Source: Vicinamibacteria bacterium
Lineage (GTDB): Bacteria > Acidobacteriota > Vicinamibacteria > Marinacidobacterales > Marinacidobacteraceae
Reading direction: 5' to 3'
Assembly: GCA_963668695.2 (NCBI GenBank)
Contig: CAXXLQ010000004.1
Coordinates: forward strand, 576,001-640,000
Length of the DNA: 64,000 bases
Shown: positions 40,399 to 50,423 of the stretch, piece after piece
Position numbering within the stretch: position 1 is the stretch's first letter
Layout of the letters: each line of letters opens with the position of its first letter
Position numbers and translations under genes: made by a program
Notes under the pieces: model-generated
What the model was told of the DNA's origin: nothing
The model's input: the letters and a program-made list of their open reading frames with translations, nothing else
Database searches by the model: none

Positions 40399-40744
40399 GC
40401 GGCCCGGTCCAGGGACCGCGCATCCCGCTTTCTGATCACCTGACGCGCTGCCCTTCGTCGGCGCTTCCTACGTCCTAGCGGGCATCCAACGAGCAACGCT
40501 TGGTGGTTGCTGCATAGCTGGCGGCCGTCCATCCAGCGTCCTCCTTGGATACGGCAAGACAGTCATCGAGGAGCACGGCAGCCGCCTGCTCAGCACATTC
40601 ACACGGGAATTTCGCCGGTTCACACCGGAACCGAAAAAACGCGACTACCGCCAAAGCACGATCGGATCTTCGCTTTGCTCCGGGAGCGGAGGTAGTTCAG
40701 GACCTCCTGATCGCGTTCATCCGGGGTGAGCGGGGGAGGTCACC

Positions 40745-41047
40745 GTGCAGTACACGTTCTATGTCGAAATCTTGATGGTGGGCAGGGGTAAGGAAATCTC
40801 CTGGTCCGTAATGGATCCGAGCATGGGCTTCGTTGCGGAGGCAAAGACGCTGACAGATATTCTCCGGCGCGTTCAGCCCCACTACGAGCACATCGAGAAG
40901 ATTCTCAAGGAGCGCGACGGCGGTTCGACTGTCCATGTTGTGTTTGTCCCGCCTCGATACAGCATCCCCGCCCCCGGTCGCGCCGGATCGGTGCGCCCGC
41001 CGGGGTCGCTACGGATGCCCGCGGTCGACCTTGACGACCACAGTTAG
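40745..41047 (+). CDS. Hypothetical small protein
   Basis: Strong RBS GGAGGT before GTG; 8 bp upstream of the next ORF. Confidence 0.45.
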   Translation: MQYTFYVEILMVGRGKEISWSVMDPSMGFVAEAKTLTDILRRVQPHYEHIEKILKERDGGSTVHVVFVPPRYSIPAPGRAGSVRPPGSLRMPAVDLDDHS

Positions 41048-41055
41048 GCGGGATC

Positions 41056-41748
41056 ATGACGGAGAGGGGCGAGATGATCCGCAAACAGATAGCCCTGCCC
41101 GACCACCTGAGGCGGTTCCCGTGCCTGATGCCATGGGTCGGCAGGTTCTACCGGGACGACCTCCACCGGCGACTCCTGGTGGTTGCCGAGAGCCACTACC
41201 TGCCGGAGTCAGTCACCTGGCACCGGAATCCTGAAGCGTGGTACGCCAGCAGTCAGGATCGTTTGGATACGGAAGCGACTGGCTGGATTCACACTCAGGG
41301 GTGTGTGCGGTTCCACTGGAACGGCCCTTCCTTGATCTTTCCCAGGATCCGCGAACAGATCTCCATTTCCGTTGAGGCAGATGGAGTAGAGGAGGCGCCG
41401 GCCCCCGGACACTTCGAGCACATCGCGTTCATGAACTTCTTCCAGCGCCCGGCCCCTCACAAAGGCCGGAGCATTAGGGGTCACGTGGTCGAGCAGGACC
41501 TGGAGGTGGCGAGAGAGGTGCTCCGGTGGTTCATCACGACCCACGAGCCAGAGCTGGCCGTCGTCACCTCCGTATTCGCCAGCAAGCACGCCGGGCCGGT
41601 GTTCGAGGAGCGCGGCATCCCCTGGGGGCAAACTCCACACCCCGTTTGCGCCCATTGGCACCGGATCGTAAAGAAGTACGGAGGTATCTCCGGGGCTCAT
41701 CTGTTCCCGGTGTTCCTCACCGCGCACGAATGGATGAGAAGCCGCTGA
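41056..41748 (+). CDS. Hypothetical protein, possible uracil-DNA-glycosylase-like fold
   Basis: PWVG..Y, LLVVAESHY, FMNFFQRP, TPHP. Confidence 0.5.
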   Translation: MTERGEMIRKQIALPDHLRRFPCLMPWVGRFYRDDLHRRLLVVAESHYLPESVTWHRNPEAWYASSQDRLDTEATGWIHTQGCVRFHWNGPSLIFPRIREQISISVEADGVEEAPAPGHFEHIAFMNFFQRPAPHKGRSIRGHVVEQDLEVAREVLRWFITTHEPELAVVTSVFASKHAGPVFEERGIPWGQTPHPVCAHWHRIVKKYGGISGAHLFPVFLTAHEWMRSR

Positions 41749-42004
41749 CCAGCCGGAGGGACCGTGAGAACACTCCGGAATGCCCGCACCTTCGCCGAGC
41801 GGAATGAGGCTCGGATCGTGTGAATTGCGAAGACTTGCGATGGTTTGGTAGCGTGAGTAGTCCGCGCCCTGCGGGGACGGCGGGCCTCGGGAGGCCTCGG
41901 CCTCCGGCATCAATGTGCGTAATTGCACGTTTTGTCCCTTCAGTGAGGAACCGTGCCACCAAAAAGTGGCCAATGCCGCCCGTCGTCCCCGCCCGGGTGC
42001 CGGA

Positions 42005-43486
42005 TCAACCAGCGCCCAGGCGTTCGCTGCCGGACCGGGCTGCTTCGACCAGCGCCGCCACCCGGCCCACGGTTTCCTCGAGGGTGAGATCGCTGGTGTC
42101 CAGCAGGTGCGCATCCCGGGCCCGGCGGAGCGGAGCCACCGCTCGGCCGGCATCCTTGTCGTCCCGGCGATGGAGTTCCGACTGGACCGCCCCTACGTCG
42201 CGGTCCCCCTCGTCGGAGGAGCGGCGGCGCGCTCGCACTTCGGGGCTCGCGTCCAGAAAGACCTTCACCGGCGCTTCGGGGAAGACCACGGTGCCGATGT
42301 CCCGGCCTTCGACGACGCCCCCCACCGCTGCCGCCTGCCGCCAGCGCTCGACCAGAACTTCGCGCAACTCGGGATGGACGGCGACCCGGGAGGCCCCCGC
42401 GGATACCTCCGGCTCGCGGACCGCAAGGGACACGTCTTCCCCGTCGAGGAACACGTGGCCCTCCCGATCGAGAATCACGCGATAGGCGAGAGTCCGCAGC
42501 GAGGGGCCGTCATCGAGATCCAGGTCCTGCCGCATCGCAGCCAGCGCGACCGCCCGCACCGACGCACCGGTGTTGAAGTAGGCCAACCCGAACCGCTCGG
42601 CGACCGCCCGGGCGACCGAGGTCTTGCCGGACCCCGCCGGCCCGTCGATCGCGACGACGAAGGCCGCCGGGGCGGTCGGGGTGGGGGGGCCGGGCGGTTC
42701 GGTACCCGACGACGCCAGGGAAGTCGCCGCTTCCCCCGAACACCGCTGGATCAACTCCCGCAGTTCCTCCACCTCACCCGCATCCAGCTTGCGCCAGCTC
42801 CCCGGGGTGAGCCCGATGTCGGCAAGACAACCGATCCGCGTGCGGTGCAATTCGAGGACCGGATGGCCCAGGACACTCAGCACCCGCCGGATCTCCCGGT
42901 TCCGGCCACCCAGGAGGGTGACCCGGAGCCGGGCGCGGCGCTTCGATTCCGCGCGGTGCGGGAAACGGGCAATGACCTCGATCTGATCGAGCTTCAGCCC
43001 CTGGCCATCCACCCGGACTCCGCGCTGCGCCCGTTCGAGCACCTCTTCCTCGGGAAGCCCGCGGACGGTGACGTAGTAGGTCTTGGGCAACCGGTAGCGG
43101 GGATGGGTGACCCGCTGAGCGAGTTCCCCATCGTCGGTCAGGAACACGAGCCCCGAACTGTTGCCGTCGAGCCGCCCCACCGGAACAAGCGAGCGGAACG
43201 AATGGGGAAGAAGATCCATCACCGTGGGCCGACGCGCCGGGTCCGACCGGGTCGTGAGATGGCCGAGGGGTTTGTTGAGAACCACGTACCGCCGAGGCTT
43301 GGCGCGGCTGCGGAGCCGCGTCCCGTCCACCCGGATGTCACTGAGCGCCGGGTCCGCCCGCACCCCCGGAACCCGAACCACCTCACCGTCCACGGTGACC
43401 CGGCCTTCGGCGATCATCTGCTCCGCGCTGCGGCGCGAGGCGATCCCGGCGGCCGCAATCAGCTTCTGGAGCCGCGCCGCCGTCAT
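42005..43486 (-). CDS. cmk: Fusion of RluB-type pseudouridine synthase and cytidylate kinase
   Basis: RLQKLIA..SRR S4 domain, VGRLD; Pro-rich linker; AIDGPAGSGKT, VEGRDIGTVVFP. Confidence 0.9.
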   Translation of the reverse strand: MTAARLQKLIAAAGIASRRSAEQMIAEGRVTVDGEVVRVPGVRADPALSDIRVDGTRLRSRAKPRRYVVLNKPLGHLTTRSDPARRPTVMDLLPHSFRSLVPVGRLDGNSSGLVFLTDDGELAQRVTHPRYRLPKTYYVTVRGLPEEEVLERAQRGVRVDGQGLKLDQIEVIARFPHRAESKRRARLRVTLLGGRNREIRRVLSVLGHPVLELHRTRIGCLADIGLTPGSWRKLDAGEVEELRELIQRCSGEAATSLASSGTEPPGPPTPTAPAAFVVAIDGPAGSGKTSVARAVAERFGLAYFNTGASVRAVALAAMRQDLDLDDGPSLRTLAYRVILDREGHVFLDGEDVSLAVREPEVSAGASRVAVHPELREVLVERWRQAAAVGGVVEGRDIGTVVFPEAPVKVFLDASPEVRARRRSSDEGDRDVGAVQSELHRRDDKDAGRAVAPLRRARDAHLLDTSDLTLEETVGRVAALVEAARSGSERLGAG

Positions 43487-44160
43487 TCCGAGCCGTCTCC
43501 GCTTCCGGTACCGGCGCCGCGCCCGGCAGCGGTCTCCGGCTCCGCCGCGCTGCCCCCCGCCGGCGCCGGAACGGCCGCCGCCAGTGCGTCCTCGAACTCG
43601 CGGAGTTTCGGAAGATCCTCCAGCCGATCCAGTTCGAACCGCTCCAGGAATTCCTTTGTCGTTCCGTAGAGGAGCGGGCGTCCCACCACCTGCTTGCGTC
43701 CCCGGGAGCGGATCAGGCGGTGTTTCATGAGCGTGGCAATGACGCTTTGGGAGTTCACGCCGCGGATCTCGTTCAACTCGGGCACGGTGATCGGTTGCCG
43801 GTAAGCGATTACCGACAGCGCCTCGATCGCCGGCTCGGTGAGGGCCTGCTCCCGCTTCGGGGCCATGAGGCGCTCGATGGCCTCCCGCCATTCCATCCGG
43901 GTCGTGAGCTGGAAGCCCCCGGCAATCCGGGCCAGCCGAAGTCCGGAGCCCGAGTGTGAATACCGCACCTCCAGCTCGTCGAGCGCAAGCTGTACGACCC
44001 TCGCGTCGGTTTCGAGCGCCTGCGCCAGCCGTTCTGGCGTTACCGGGGCGCCGTGGGAGAAGAGCAGTGCCTCCACGGCGGCCGCGAGGCGGGCGCAGTC
44101 TTCGGCCGAATCCGGCGCCCCCTCGGGAGCGTCTGCGGGCTTCAGCGGGATATCCGACAA
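43483..44160 (-). CDS. scpB: SMC-Scp complex subunit ScpB
   Basis: EALLF, IAYRQPIT, IRGV, GRPLLYGTT.EFL. Confidence 0.95.
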   Translation of the reverse strand: MSDIPLKPADAPEGAPDSAEDCARLAAAVEALLFSHGAPVTPERLAQALETDARVVQLALDELEVRYSHSGSGLRLARIAGGFQLTTRMEWREAIERLMAPKREQALTEPAIEALSVIAYRQPITVPELNEIRGVNSQSVIATLMKHRLIRSRGRKQVVGRPLLYGTTKEFLERFELDRLEDLPKLREFEDALAAAVPAPAGGSAAEPETAAGRGAGTGSGDGSE

Positions 44161-44164
44161 GGAC

Positions 44165-44995
44165 TCAGGCGGGCGCCAGCCCTGCGATACGGATGGGGCC
44201 GAAGCTCTCCTCCTGACCCACCGAGATCCGGCGGCGGCGGGCCAGTTCCAGGATCGCGAGGAACGCGGCTACCAGGGTCGCACGGTCCACGTTGCCTTCA
44301 ATCACCTCGAAGAGCAGTTCCTCGAAGTCCTGTTCGAACCCGGGCGGCACCGCCGTCTCGATGCGTCGGATCAGGACCGCCATGGAGATCCGGCGCTCGG
44401 GAAGCGGTACCCGGGGGCGCGACCTCGCCCGGACGACGACCCGCCGAAAAGCCTCGACCACCGCGAAGAGGTCCACCCGCAGCAGGCTTTCGGTCTCGGC
44501 GCCTGCCGCCTCGCCGTGGGCCGCGTCGTCCTCCACGAGTCCGAGGGTGGGCTGTCTGACCCATACCGATCGGCGGGCTTCGAGGCTCTCACGGAGCCGG
44601 CGGGCCGCGTCCCGATAGCGGGCGTAGTCCCGGAGGCGATCCTCCAGGTCGGCCAGCGGGTCCGCCTCCGCCCCCGCGGCGGCCGGGCTCGGCCGGGGAA
44701 GCAGGCGTCTCGCCTTGATGCGCAGCAGCGCGGTCGCCACTTTGAGGAATTCGGATCCCACCCGGAGGTCCAGCATCTCGAGGAGCTCGAGCGTCTCCAG
44801 GTACTGCCGGGTGATGGAAGCGATTTCGATCCGGAGCGGATCGGCCTGCCCCTCTCGCACCATGCGGAGGAGCAGTTCGAGCGGACCGTCGAATCCGGCC
44901 TCGGCGGGCGAATCCTCGCCGCCGTCGAAGCGGAGGTGAAACCCCTGGCCGGGAGTCCCGAGTTCGGTCTCGGGTTGGTAGAGGACCGCTTTCAT
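44165..44995 (-). CDS. scpA: Segregation and condensation protein A
   Basis: FDGPLELLL, ITRQYL, IKARRLLP, FLAILEL, QEESFGPI. Confidence 0.92.
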   Translation of the reverse strand: MKAVLYQPETELGTPGQGFHLRFDGGEDSPAEAGFDGPLELLLRMVREGQADPLRIEIASITRQYLETLELLEMLDLRVGSEFLKVATALLRIKARRLLPRPSPAAAGAEADPLADLEDRLRDYARYRDAARRLRESLEARRSVWVRQPTLGLVEDDAAHGEAAGAETESLLRVDLFAVVEAFRRVVVRARSRPRVPLPERRISMAVLIRRIETAVPPGFEQDFEELLFEVIEGNVDRATLVAAFLAILELARRRRISVGQEESFGPIRIAGLAPA

Positions 44996-44998
44996 TGG

Positions 44999-45375
44999 CA
45001 GTCCGTGGACAAGGTGGGGCGAGCACCGAGAGCGCCAGTTCTCCCGGTGGGGGCGAGGCGCCCGGCTGACAAGGCGCGCAAGGGAGGAATACCAGTGGTC
45101 TTTCGACCGAAGCGCAACGATGAGCGACGCGAAGCGGAGTGGTTCAGCCGGGATGCATCGCCGGCCGCTTCCGGAGCGGGGCGTGAGCACCGCGGAGACC
45201 CCAGAGCACGGGGGATGGAGGGCGGCAACAGCCGACTCCCATCCCTCCTACCTCGGGCTTCCGGAGCGGGGCGTGAGCACCGCGGAGACCCCGGAGCACG
45301 GGGAATGGAGGGCGGCAACAGCCGACCACCATCCCTTCTGACTCGGGAATGCCCGCTCACCTTGTTCACGGGCTG
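44999..45375 (-). mobile_element. MITE family 1 variant (GACAAGG-type TIR) carrying a 90-bp tandem duplication
   Basis: CAGTCCGTGGACAAGG / CCTTGTTCACGGGCTG; family-1 core; supplies the trpS TGA. Confidence 0.8.
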
Positions 45376-46394
45376 CTGGCGACGGGCAAGCGAACCGCGG
45401 CGCGCACCCGCTCCATGGTGGCGCCGGCTACCTCCGACGCTTCTCGCCGGCCGGCGGCCAGCACGTCCTGCACGTCGTCGGGCCGCTTTTCGTATTCCCG
45501 CCGCCGCTCGCCGATCGGCGCGATCTCGGCGACCAGGTGGTCGGCCAGCGCGTTCTTGCATTGGATGCAACCGATCCCGGCCGAACGACAGCCCTCGGCC
45601 GCCCAACTCCGGGTCTTGTCGTCGGAGAAGATGCGGTGGAGATCGAAGACGGGGCACTTCGCCGGGTCTCCGGGGTCGCGTAGCCGCTTCCTCGCCGGAT
45701 CGGTCATCATCGTCCGCAGCTTCCCGCGGAGGGAGGCCTCGTCCTCGGCGATCCCGATCACGTTCCCGTAGCTCTTGGACATCTTCCGCCCATCGGTACC
45801 CGGCAACCGCGGGGACGGGGTCAGGCGCACCTCCGGCTCGGTGAGCACCGATCCGTAGATGGAGTTGAAGCGGCGGGCGATTTCCCGGGTCAACTCGATG
45901 TGGGGCTTTTGGTCCGCTCCTACGGGGACCACCGCAGCGTCGTACATGAGGATGTCCGCCGCCTGCAGGACGGGATACCCCAGGAAGCCGTAGGTATGGA
46001 GGTCCTTTTCCTTCAGCTCCTTGATCAGCTCCTTGTAGGTGGGAACGCGCTCCAGCCAGCCGAGCGGGACGACCATCGACAGGAGCAGATGGAGTTCCGC
46101 GTGCTCGGGAACCTGCGACTGGATGAACAGGGTGCAGCGCTTGGGATCGAGTCCCACCGCCAGCCAGTCCGTCGCGATCTCGAGAGTGCTCTTCCGGAGA
46201 TCGCTGGTATCCCGGTAGTCGGTGGTCAGCGCGTGCCAGTCGACGATGCAGTAGAAGGCGCTGAACTCGTCCTGCATCGCCACCCAGTTGCGGTAGGCCC
46301 CCACCAGGTGTCCCAGGTGGGACGACCCGGTGGGCCTCATCCCGGAGAGGAGGCGCGGACGCCCGCTACGTGGTTTCGTGCCCGTTTGTGTCAT
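45366..46394 (-). CDS. trpS: Tryptophanyl-tRNA synthetase
   Basis: SGMRPTG..HLGH, YPVLQAADIL, VPVGADQ, KMSKS. Confidence 0.97.
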   Translation of the reverse strand: MTQTGTKPRSGRPRLLSGMRPTGSSHLGHLVGAYRNWVAMQDEFSAFYCIVDWHALTTDYRDTSDLRKSTLEIATDWLAVGLDPKRCTLFIQSQVPEHAELHLLLSMVVPLGWLERVPTYKELIKELKEKDLHTYGFLGYPVLQAADILMYDAAVVPVGADQKPHIELTREIARRFNSIYGSVLTEPEVRLTPSPRLPGTDGRKMSKSYGNVIGIAEDEASLRGKLRTMMTDPARKRLRDPGDPAKCPVFDLHRIFSDDKTRSWAAEGCRSAGIGCIQCKNALADHLVAEIAPIGERRREYEKRPDDVQDVLAAGRREASEVAGATMERVRAAVRLPVASSP

Positions 46395-46397
46395 AAA

Positions 46398-46648
46398 CAG
46401 CCTGTAGACAAAGTCACGCGGCCCAGTTCTCCCGGTGGGGGCTCGACCGGCGATGCATCCCGCCTGAACCGCGCCGCTTCGCGTCGCTCATCGTTGCGCT
46501 TCGGTCGAAATACACTCGGGCCAGTTCTCCCGGTGGGGGCTCCTCCCTCGCGCGCCTTGTCAGTCGGGCCCCCACCGGGAGAACTGGCCCCACCGGGAGA
46601 ACTGGGCCTCACCGGTCTCGGCACTCGCGTCACTTTATCCACAGGCTG
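46398..46648 (+). mobile_element. MITE family 1, copy G (GACAAAG-type TIR)
   Basis: CAGCCTGTAGACAAAG / CTTTATCCACAGGCTG. Confidence 0.88.
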
Positions 46649-46663
46649 TTGAGCGTCGGCATT

Positions 46664-48520
46664 CTACGGGGCGCTCGGTCCGCCGTCCGAACGAAGACGG
46701 GCGTGGAGCCGGGCCGCGAGCGCGGGGCCTACCGTTTCGGCGAGCTCCGCTTGGGAAGCCTCCTTGACCCGCCGGAGGCTGCCGAAGCGGCTCAGGAGCG
46801 CCTGACGGCGCCGGGGGCCGATGCCGGGCACTCCGTCCAGGGCGGAGCGGAGCGTGGCGGCCCGGCGACTCTTGCGGTGGAAGGTGATCGCGAAACGGTG
46901 GGCCTCATCGCGGGCTCTTTGGAGGAGATGGAGCGCCGGGGAGTTCCGGGGAAGCCGGAGGGGTTCCGGAGCGCCGGGCAGAAAGATCTCCTCCTCGCGT
47001 TTGGCGAGGCCCGCGTGGGGAATGTGGGTGAGACCGAGGTCGTGGAGCGCGGAGGCTGCGGAACCGAGCTGGCCGCGCCCTCCGTCCACCAGGATCAAAT
47101 CCGGAAGCTCCTGCCCCTCGGTGAGCACCCGCCGGTAGCGGCGGAGCACCACCTCGTGCATCGAGGCGTAGTCGTCGGGCTTTCCGGACACGCTGCGGAT
47201 GCGGAACCGCCGGTAGGCCGAAGGGAGCGGCTCTCCCCGCTCGAAAACCACCATGGACGCCACCACCTGATGTCCGCCCAGATTCGAAATGTCGAACGCT
47301 TCAATGCGGCGGGGCTCGACGGAGAGCTGGAGCGCTTCCTGCAGGGCGCGGACCCGGGCGGCGGCCTTCCTGCCCGCTTCCCGGAAGTCGAGATCGAAGG
47401 CGAGACGGGCGTTCCGGCAGACCAGATCCACCATCCGGCGGCGGGAGCCCTTCACGGGAACGTGGATCTCGACCCGGCCGCCGCGCTTTTCCGCGAGCCA
47501 GTCCGCGACCAGCTCGCGTTCGGGAAAATCGAGCGGCGATTCGATCCGCGGCGGAGGACGGCGCCCCATCTCGTAGAACTGTTTCATCGACGCTTCCACG
47601 AGCCCGGCATCGTCCACCGGGGGCAGATCGGATAGCGAAAACGTATCCCGGTCCACCACTTTGCCGTTCCGCACCAGGAAAACCTGCAACTGGGCGCGAT
47701 TGCCCTCCCGGTAGAAGCCGAACACGTCGCGGGTCTGCCCGTCGGCCGCGGCCATCTTCTGGCGGTCGTTCAACTCGGCGAGGAGGTGCAGGCTGTCGCG
47801 CAGGCGGGCGGCCTCTTCGAAGCGCTCCCCTTCGGCTTCCTCGCGCATCCGGCGGGTGAGCGAGGTGGAGAGTTCGGTCGTCCGTCCGAGCAGGAAGAGC
47901 CGGGCCGCTTCCGACGCCTCGCGGTACTTGTCGACCGAGCAGATGGAATCCACGCAAGGCGCGATGCAGCGGCGGATCTGGTGCTGAAGACAGGGACGCG
48001 GACGCTTGCCGTTGAGTTGCTCGCGGCAGTTCCGGATGCCGAAGAGCCGGTGCACCAGACTCATGCTCCCGCGCGCGAGGCTCGCCGGGAAATACGGACC
48101 CGCGTAGGCGGCCCCGTCGGTGCCGGCGCCGCGCACGATGTGGACCCGCGGGTACTTCTCGTTCATGGTGAGCCGGACGAGCGGCGGATTCTTGTCGTCC
48201 CGCAGCAGGATGTTGTAGCGGGGCCGGCGCGTCTTGATCAGGTTGTTCTCGAGCAGCAGGGCCTCGCGCGCGGAGTCGGTGAGCACCACCTCCACATCGG
48301 CGATCTGGGAGAGCAGGTTCCCCTTCCGGGCGTCGGGTGGCGGAGTGCGGAGGTGCGACAGCACCCTGGCCCGCACCGAAGCGGCCTTGCCTACGTAGAG
48401 CGTCTTCCCCTCGGCGGAGCGAAAGAGATAGACCCCCGCGCTCTGCGGGAGGAGGGCGATCTTGTTCTCAAGACCGGCAGGAAAACCGGCCGTCATTTGG
48501 GGAATTGTAGGATGCGCCAC
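46664..48520 (-). CDS. uvrC: Excinuclease ABC subunit C (start GTG 48520 or ATG 48496)
   Basis: GIY-YIG GVY..YVGKA, RIEAFDIS, DGGRGQL, RDEAHRFA, HhH. Confidence 0.97.
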   Translation of the reverse strand: MAHPTIPQMTAGFPAGLENKIALLPQSAGVYLFRSAEGKTLYVGKAASVRARVLSHLRTPPPDARKGNLLSQIADVEVVLTDSAREALLLENNLIKTRRPRYNILLRDDKNPPLVRLTMNEKYPRVHIVRGAGTDGAAYAGPYFPASLARGSMSLVHRLFGIRNCREQLNGKRPRPCLQHQIRRCIAPCVDSICSVDKYREASEAARLFLLGRTTELSTSLTRRMREEAEGERFEEAARLRDSLHLLAELNDRQKMAAADGQTRDVFGFYREGNRAQLQVFLVRNGKVVDRDTFSLSDLPPVDDAGLVEASMKQFYEMGRRPPPRIESPLDFPERELVADWLAEKRGGRVEIHVPVKGSRRRMVDLVCRNARLAFDLDFREAGRKAAARVRALQEALQLSVEPRRIEAFDISNLGGHQVVASMVVFERGEPLPSAYRRFRIRSVSGKPDDYASMHEVVLRRYRRVLTEGQELPDLILVDGGRGQLGSAASALHDLGLTHIPHAGLAKREEEIFLPGAPEPLRLPRNSPALHLLQRARDEAHRFAITFHRKSRRAATLRSALDGVPGIGPRRRQALLSRFGSLRRVKEASQAELAETVGPALAARLHARLRSDGGPSAP

Positions 48521-48526
48521 CTCTAG

Positions 48527-48723
48527 CAGCCTATGGTGGAACCCGGGCGGCGTTCGAGCAGCGATGCATCCCGGCTGAACCGCGCCGCTTTGCGGCGCTC
48601 GGCGTTGCGTTTCGGTCGAAATACACTCGGGCCAGTTCTCCCGGTGGGGGCTCCTCCCTCACGCGCCTTGTCAGCCGGGCACCTCCCCGCTCTCGGCACT
48701 CACCCGGGTTCCACCACCGGCTG
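48527..48723 (+). mobile_element. MITE family 1, copy H
   Basis: TIRs; flanks CTAG/CCAA; single 18-mer. Confidence 0.9.
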
Positions 48724-48747
48724 CCAAGACTAACCAAAAGGATTTTC

Positions 48748-49719
48748 ATGCCCCGAGCCATCCGCATCCAGCAGCACGGCGGACCCGAGGTGATGACCCT
48801 CGGCTCCGTCCCCGAATCCGCGCCCGGTCCCGAAGACGCCCTCGTCCGGGTCGAAGCGGCCGGAGTCAACTTCATCGACACCTACCACCGCACCGGGCTC
48901 TACCCGGTCCCCACCCCGTTCACGCCCGGGGTGGAGGGCGCCGGCGTCGTGGAAGCCGTGGGGTCCGGCGTTTCGGACCTGTCTCCCGGGGACCGGGTTG
49001 GATGGGTCATGCAAATGGGCAGCTACGCGGAGCAGGCCGTGCGGCCGGCGGCGAAGCTGGTCCGGCTTCCAGAGGGCGTGACGACCACCCAGGCCGCCGC
49101 CGCGCTCCTCCAGGGCATGACCGCGCACTACCTCGTCCGCTCCACCTTCCGGGTGCAGTCGGGGATGCCGGTGCTGGTCCACGCAGCCGCTGGCGGGATG
49201 GGGCTGTTGCTCTGCCAGATGTGCCGGGCGCTGGGCGCCCGGGTCTTCGGCACCGTGTCCACGGAAGCGAAGGCTCGAGCCGCGCGTGCCGCGGGCGCCG
49301 ACCACGTGATCCGCTACACCGAACAGGACTTCGCCGAGGCGATCCGGGAAGAACTAGGAGAGGAGAGGCTTGCGGTCGCTTACGACTCGGTGGGAGAGAC
49401 CACCTGGCGGAAGAGCCTCGGCCTGCTCCGGCCGCGGGGAATGCTCGTCCTGTTCGGCCAGTCGTCCGGACCAGTGCCCCCGATCGATCCGCTGCTGCTC
49501 GCCCAGAACGGGTCCCTCTTCATCACCCGGCCCACCCTCGGGGACTACGCCGCGACCCCGGACGAGTTGAAGTGGCGCGCCGGGGAAGTCCTCGACAGCG
49601 TTGCCAGCGGCAAACTCAACCTCACCATCGACCGGGAACTACCCCTGGCGGAGGCCGCAGAAGCCCACCGCCTCCTCGAGGGCCGCGCCACCACCGGAAA
49701 GCTGATCCTCCGGCCGTAG
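48748..49719 (+). CDS. qor: NADPH:quinone oxidoreductase
   Basis: GVNFIDTYHRTGLY, HAAAGGMG, YDSVG, FGQSSG, TTGK. Confidence 0.9.
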   Translation: MPRAIRIQQHGGPEVMTLGSVPESAPGPEDALVRVEAAGVNFIDTYHRTGLYPVPTPFTPGVEGAGVVEAVGSGVSDLSPGDRVGWVMQMGSYAEQAVRPAAKLVRLPEGVTTTQAAAALLQGMTAHYLVRSTFRVQSGMPVLVHAAAGGMGLLLCQMCRALGARVFGTVSTEAKARAARAAGADHVIRYTEQDFAEAIREELGEERLAVAYDSVGETTWRKSLGLLRPRGMLVLFGQSSGPVPPIDPLLLAQNGSLFITRPTLGDYAATPDELKWRAGEVLDSVASGKLNLTIDRELPLAEAAEAHRLLEGRATTGKLILRP

Positions 49720-50027
49720 GGGAACGCCGGTCTTCAGGCCGGTGAGGCGGCGCGCAGGGCCGCAAGACCGCGGATCGCCGACCGCGAAGAAGCGCGGGGA
49801 CGGCTTGGAACGCCGACCTCTGGGCAGTTCTCCCGGTGGGGCCCGGCCCAGCGGCCCGCAGGGACGCGGCGGCGAAGACCCCGAACAACAGGATGGTTCC
49901 CGTCTCAGCGCGAACCCCCGCTAGCTGGGCAGCACCGTGACAGCGGGAACGCCGATCTCTGGCTAGTCGTCCCGGTGGGGGCCAGCATCGCGCGCCGGGC
50001 GGGTGAAAGGCGCAAGCGGTCCCTCTT

Positions 50028-50051
50028 TAGTGTTCTGTATATTGGACACTA
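50028..50051. promoter_or_regulatory. Palindromic operator upstream of first hipBA-like module
   Basis: TAGTGTTC-N8-GGACACTA. Confidence 0.55.
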
Positions 50052-50081
50052 CAGCATAGAGTGCTCTATATTCCATACGAT

Positions 50082-50423
50082 ATGCCGTCAGACCGCGACG
50101 CGACGCTCCCCCTCCCCACCCTCCCCATGCTCCGCAAGCTGGGCGCCGACCTCCGCGACGCCCGCCGACGCCGCCGCATCCCGACAGCGCTCATGGCTGA
50201 ACGCGCCATGCTGAGCCGCACCACTCTGCACCGGATCGAACGCGGGGACCCGGGAGTCGCACTCGGAAACTACGCGCGCGTTCTCTTCGTGCTCGGCCTC
50301 CATCGGCGGCTCGGGGATCTGGCCGACCCTGGACAAGACGTCGTTGGGCTGGATTTGGAAGCGGACCGGCTCCCCGAACGCATCCACCTGCGGGATCGCC
50401 TGTTCGAGTCGGAGGGATCCTGA
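50082..50423 (+). CDS. HTH antitoxin (HipB-like)
   Basis: LGADLRDARRRR..AERA..SRTTL.RIERGDPGV. Confidence 0.85.
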   Translation: MPSDRDATLPLPTLPMLRKLGADLRDARRRRRIPTALMAERAMLSRTTLHRIERGDPGVALGNYARVLFVLGLHRRLGDLADPGQDVVGLDLEADRLPERIHLRDRLFESEGS

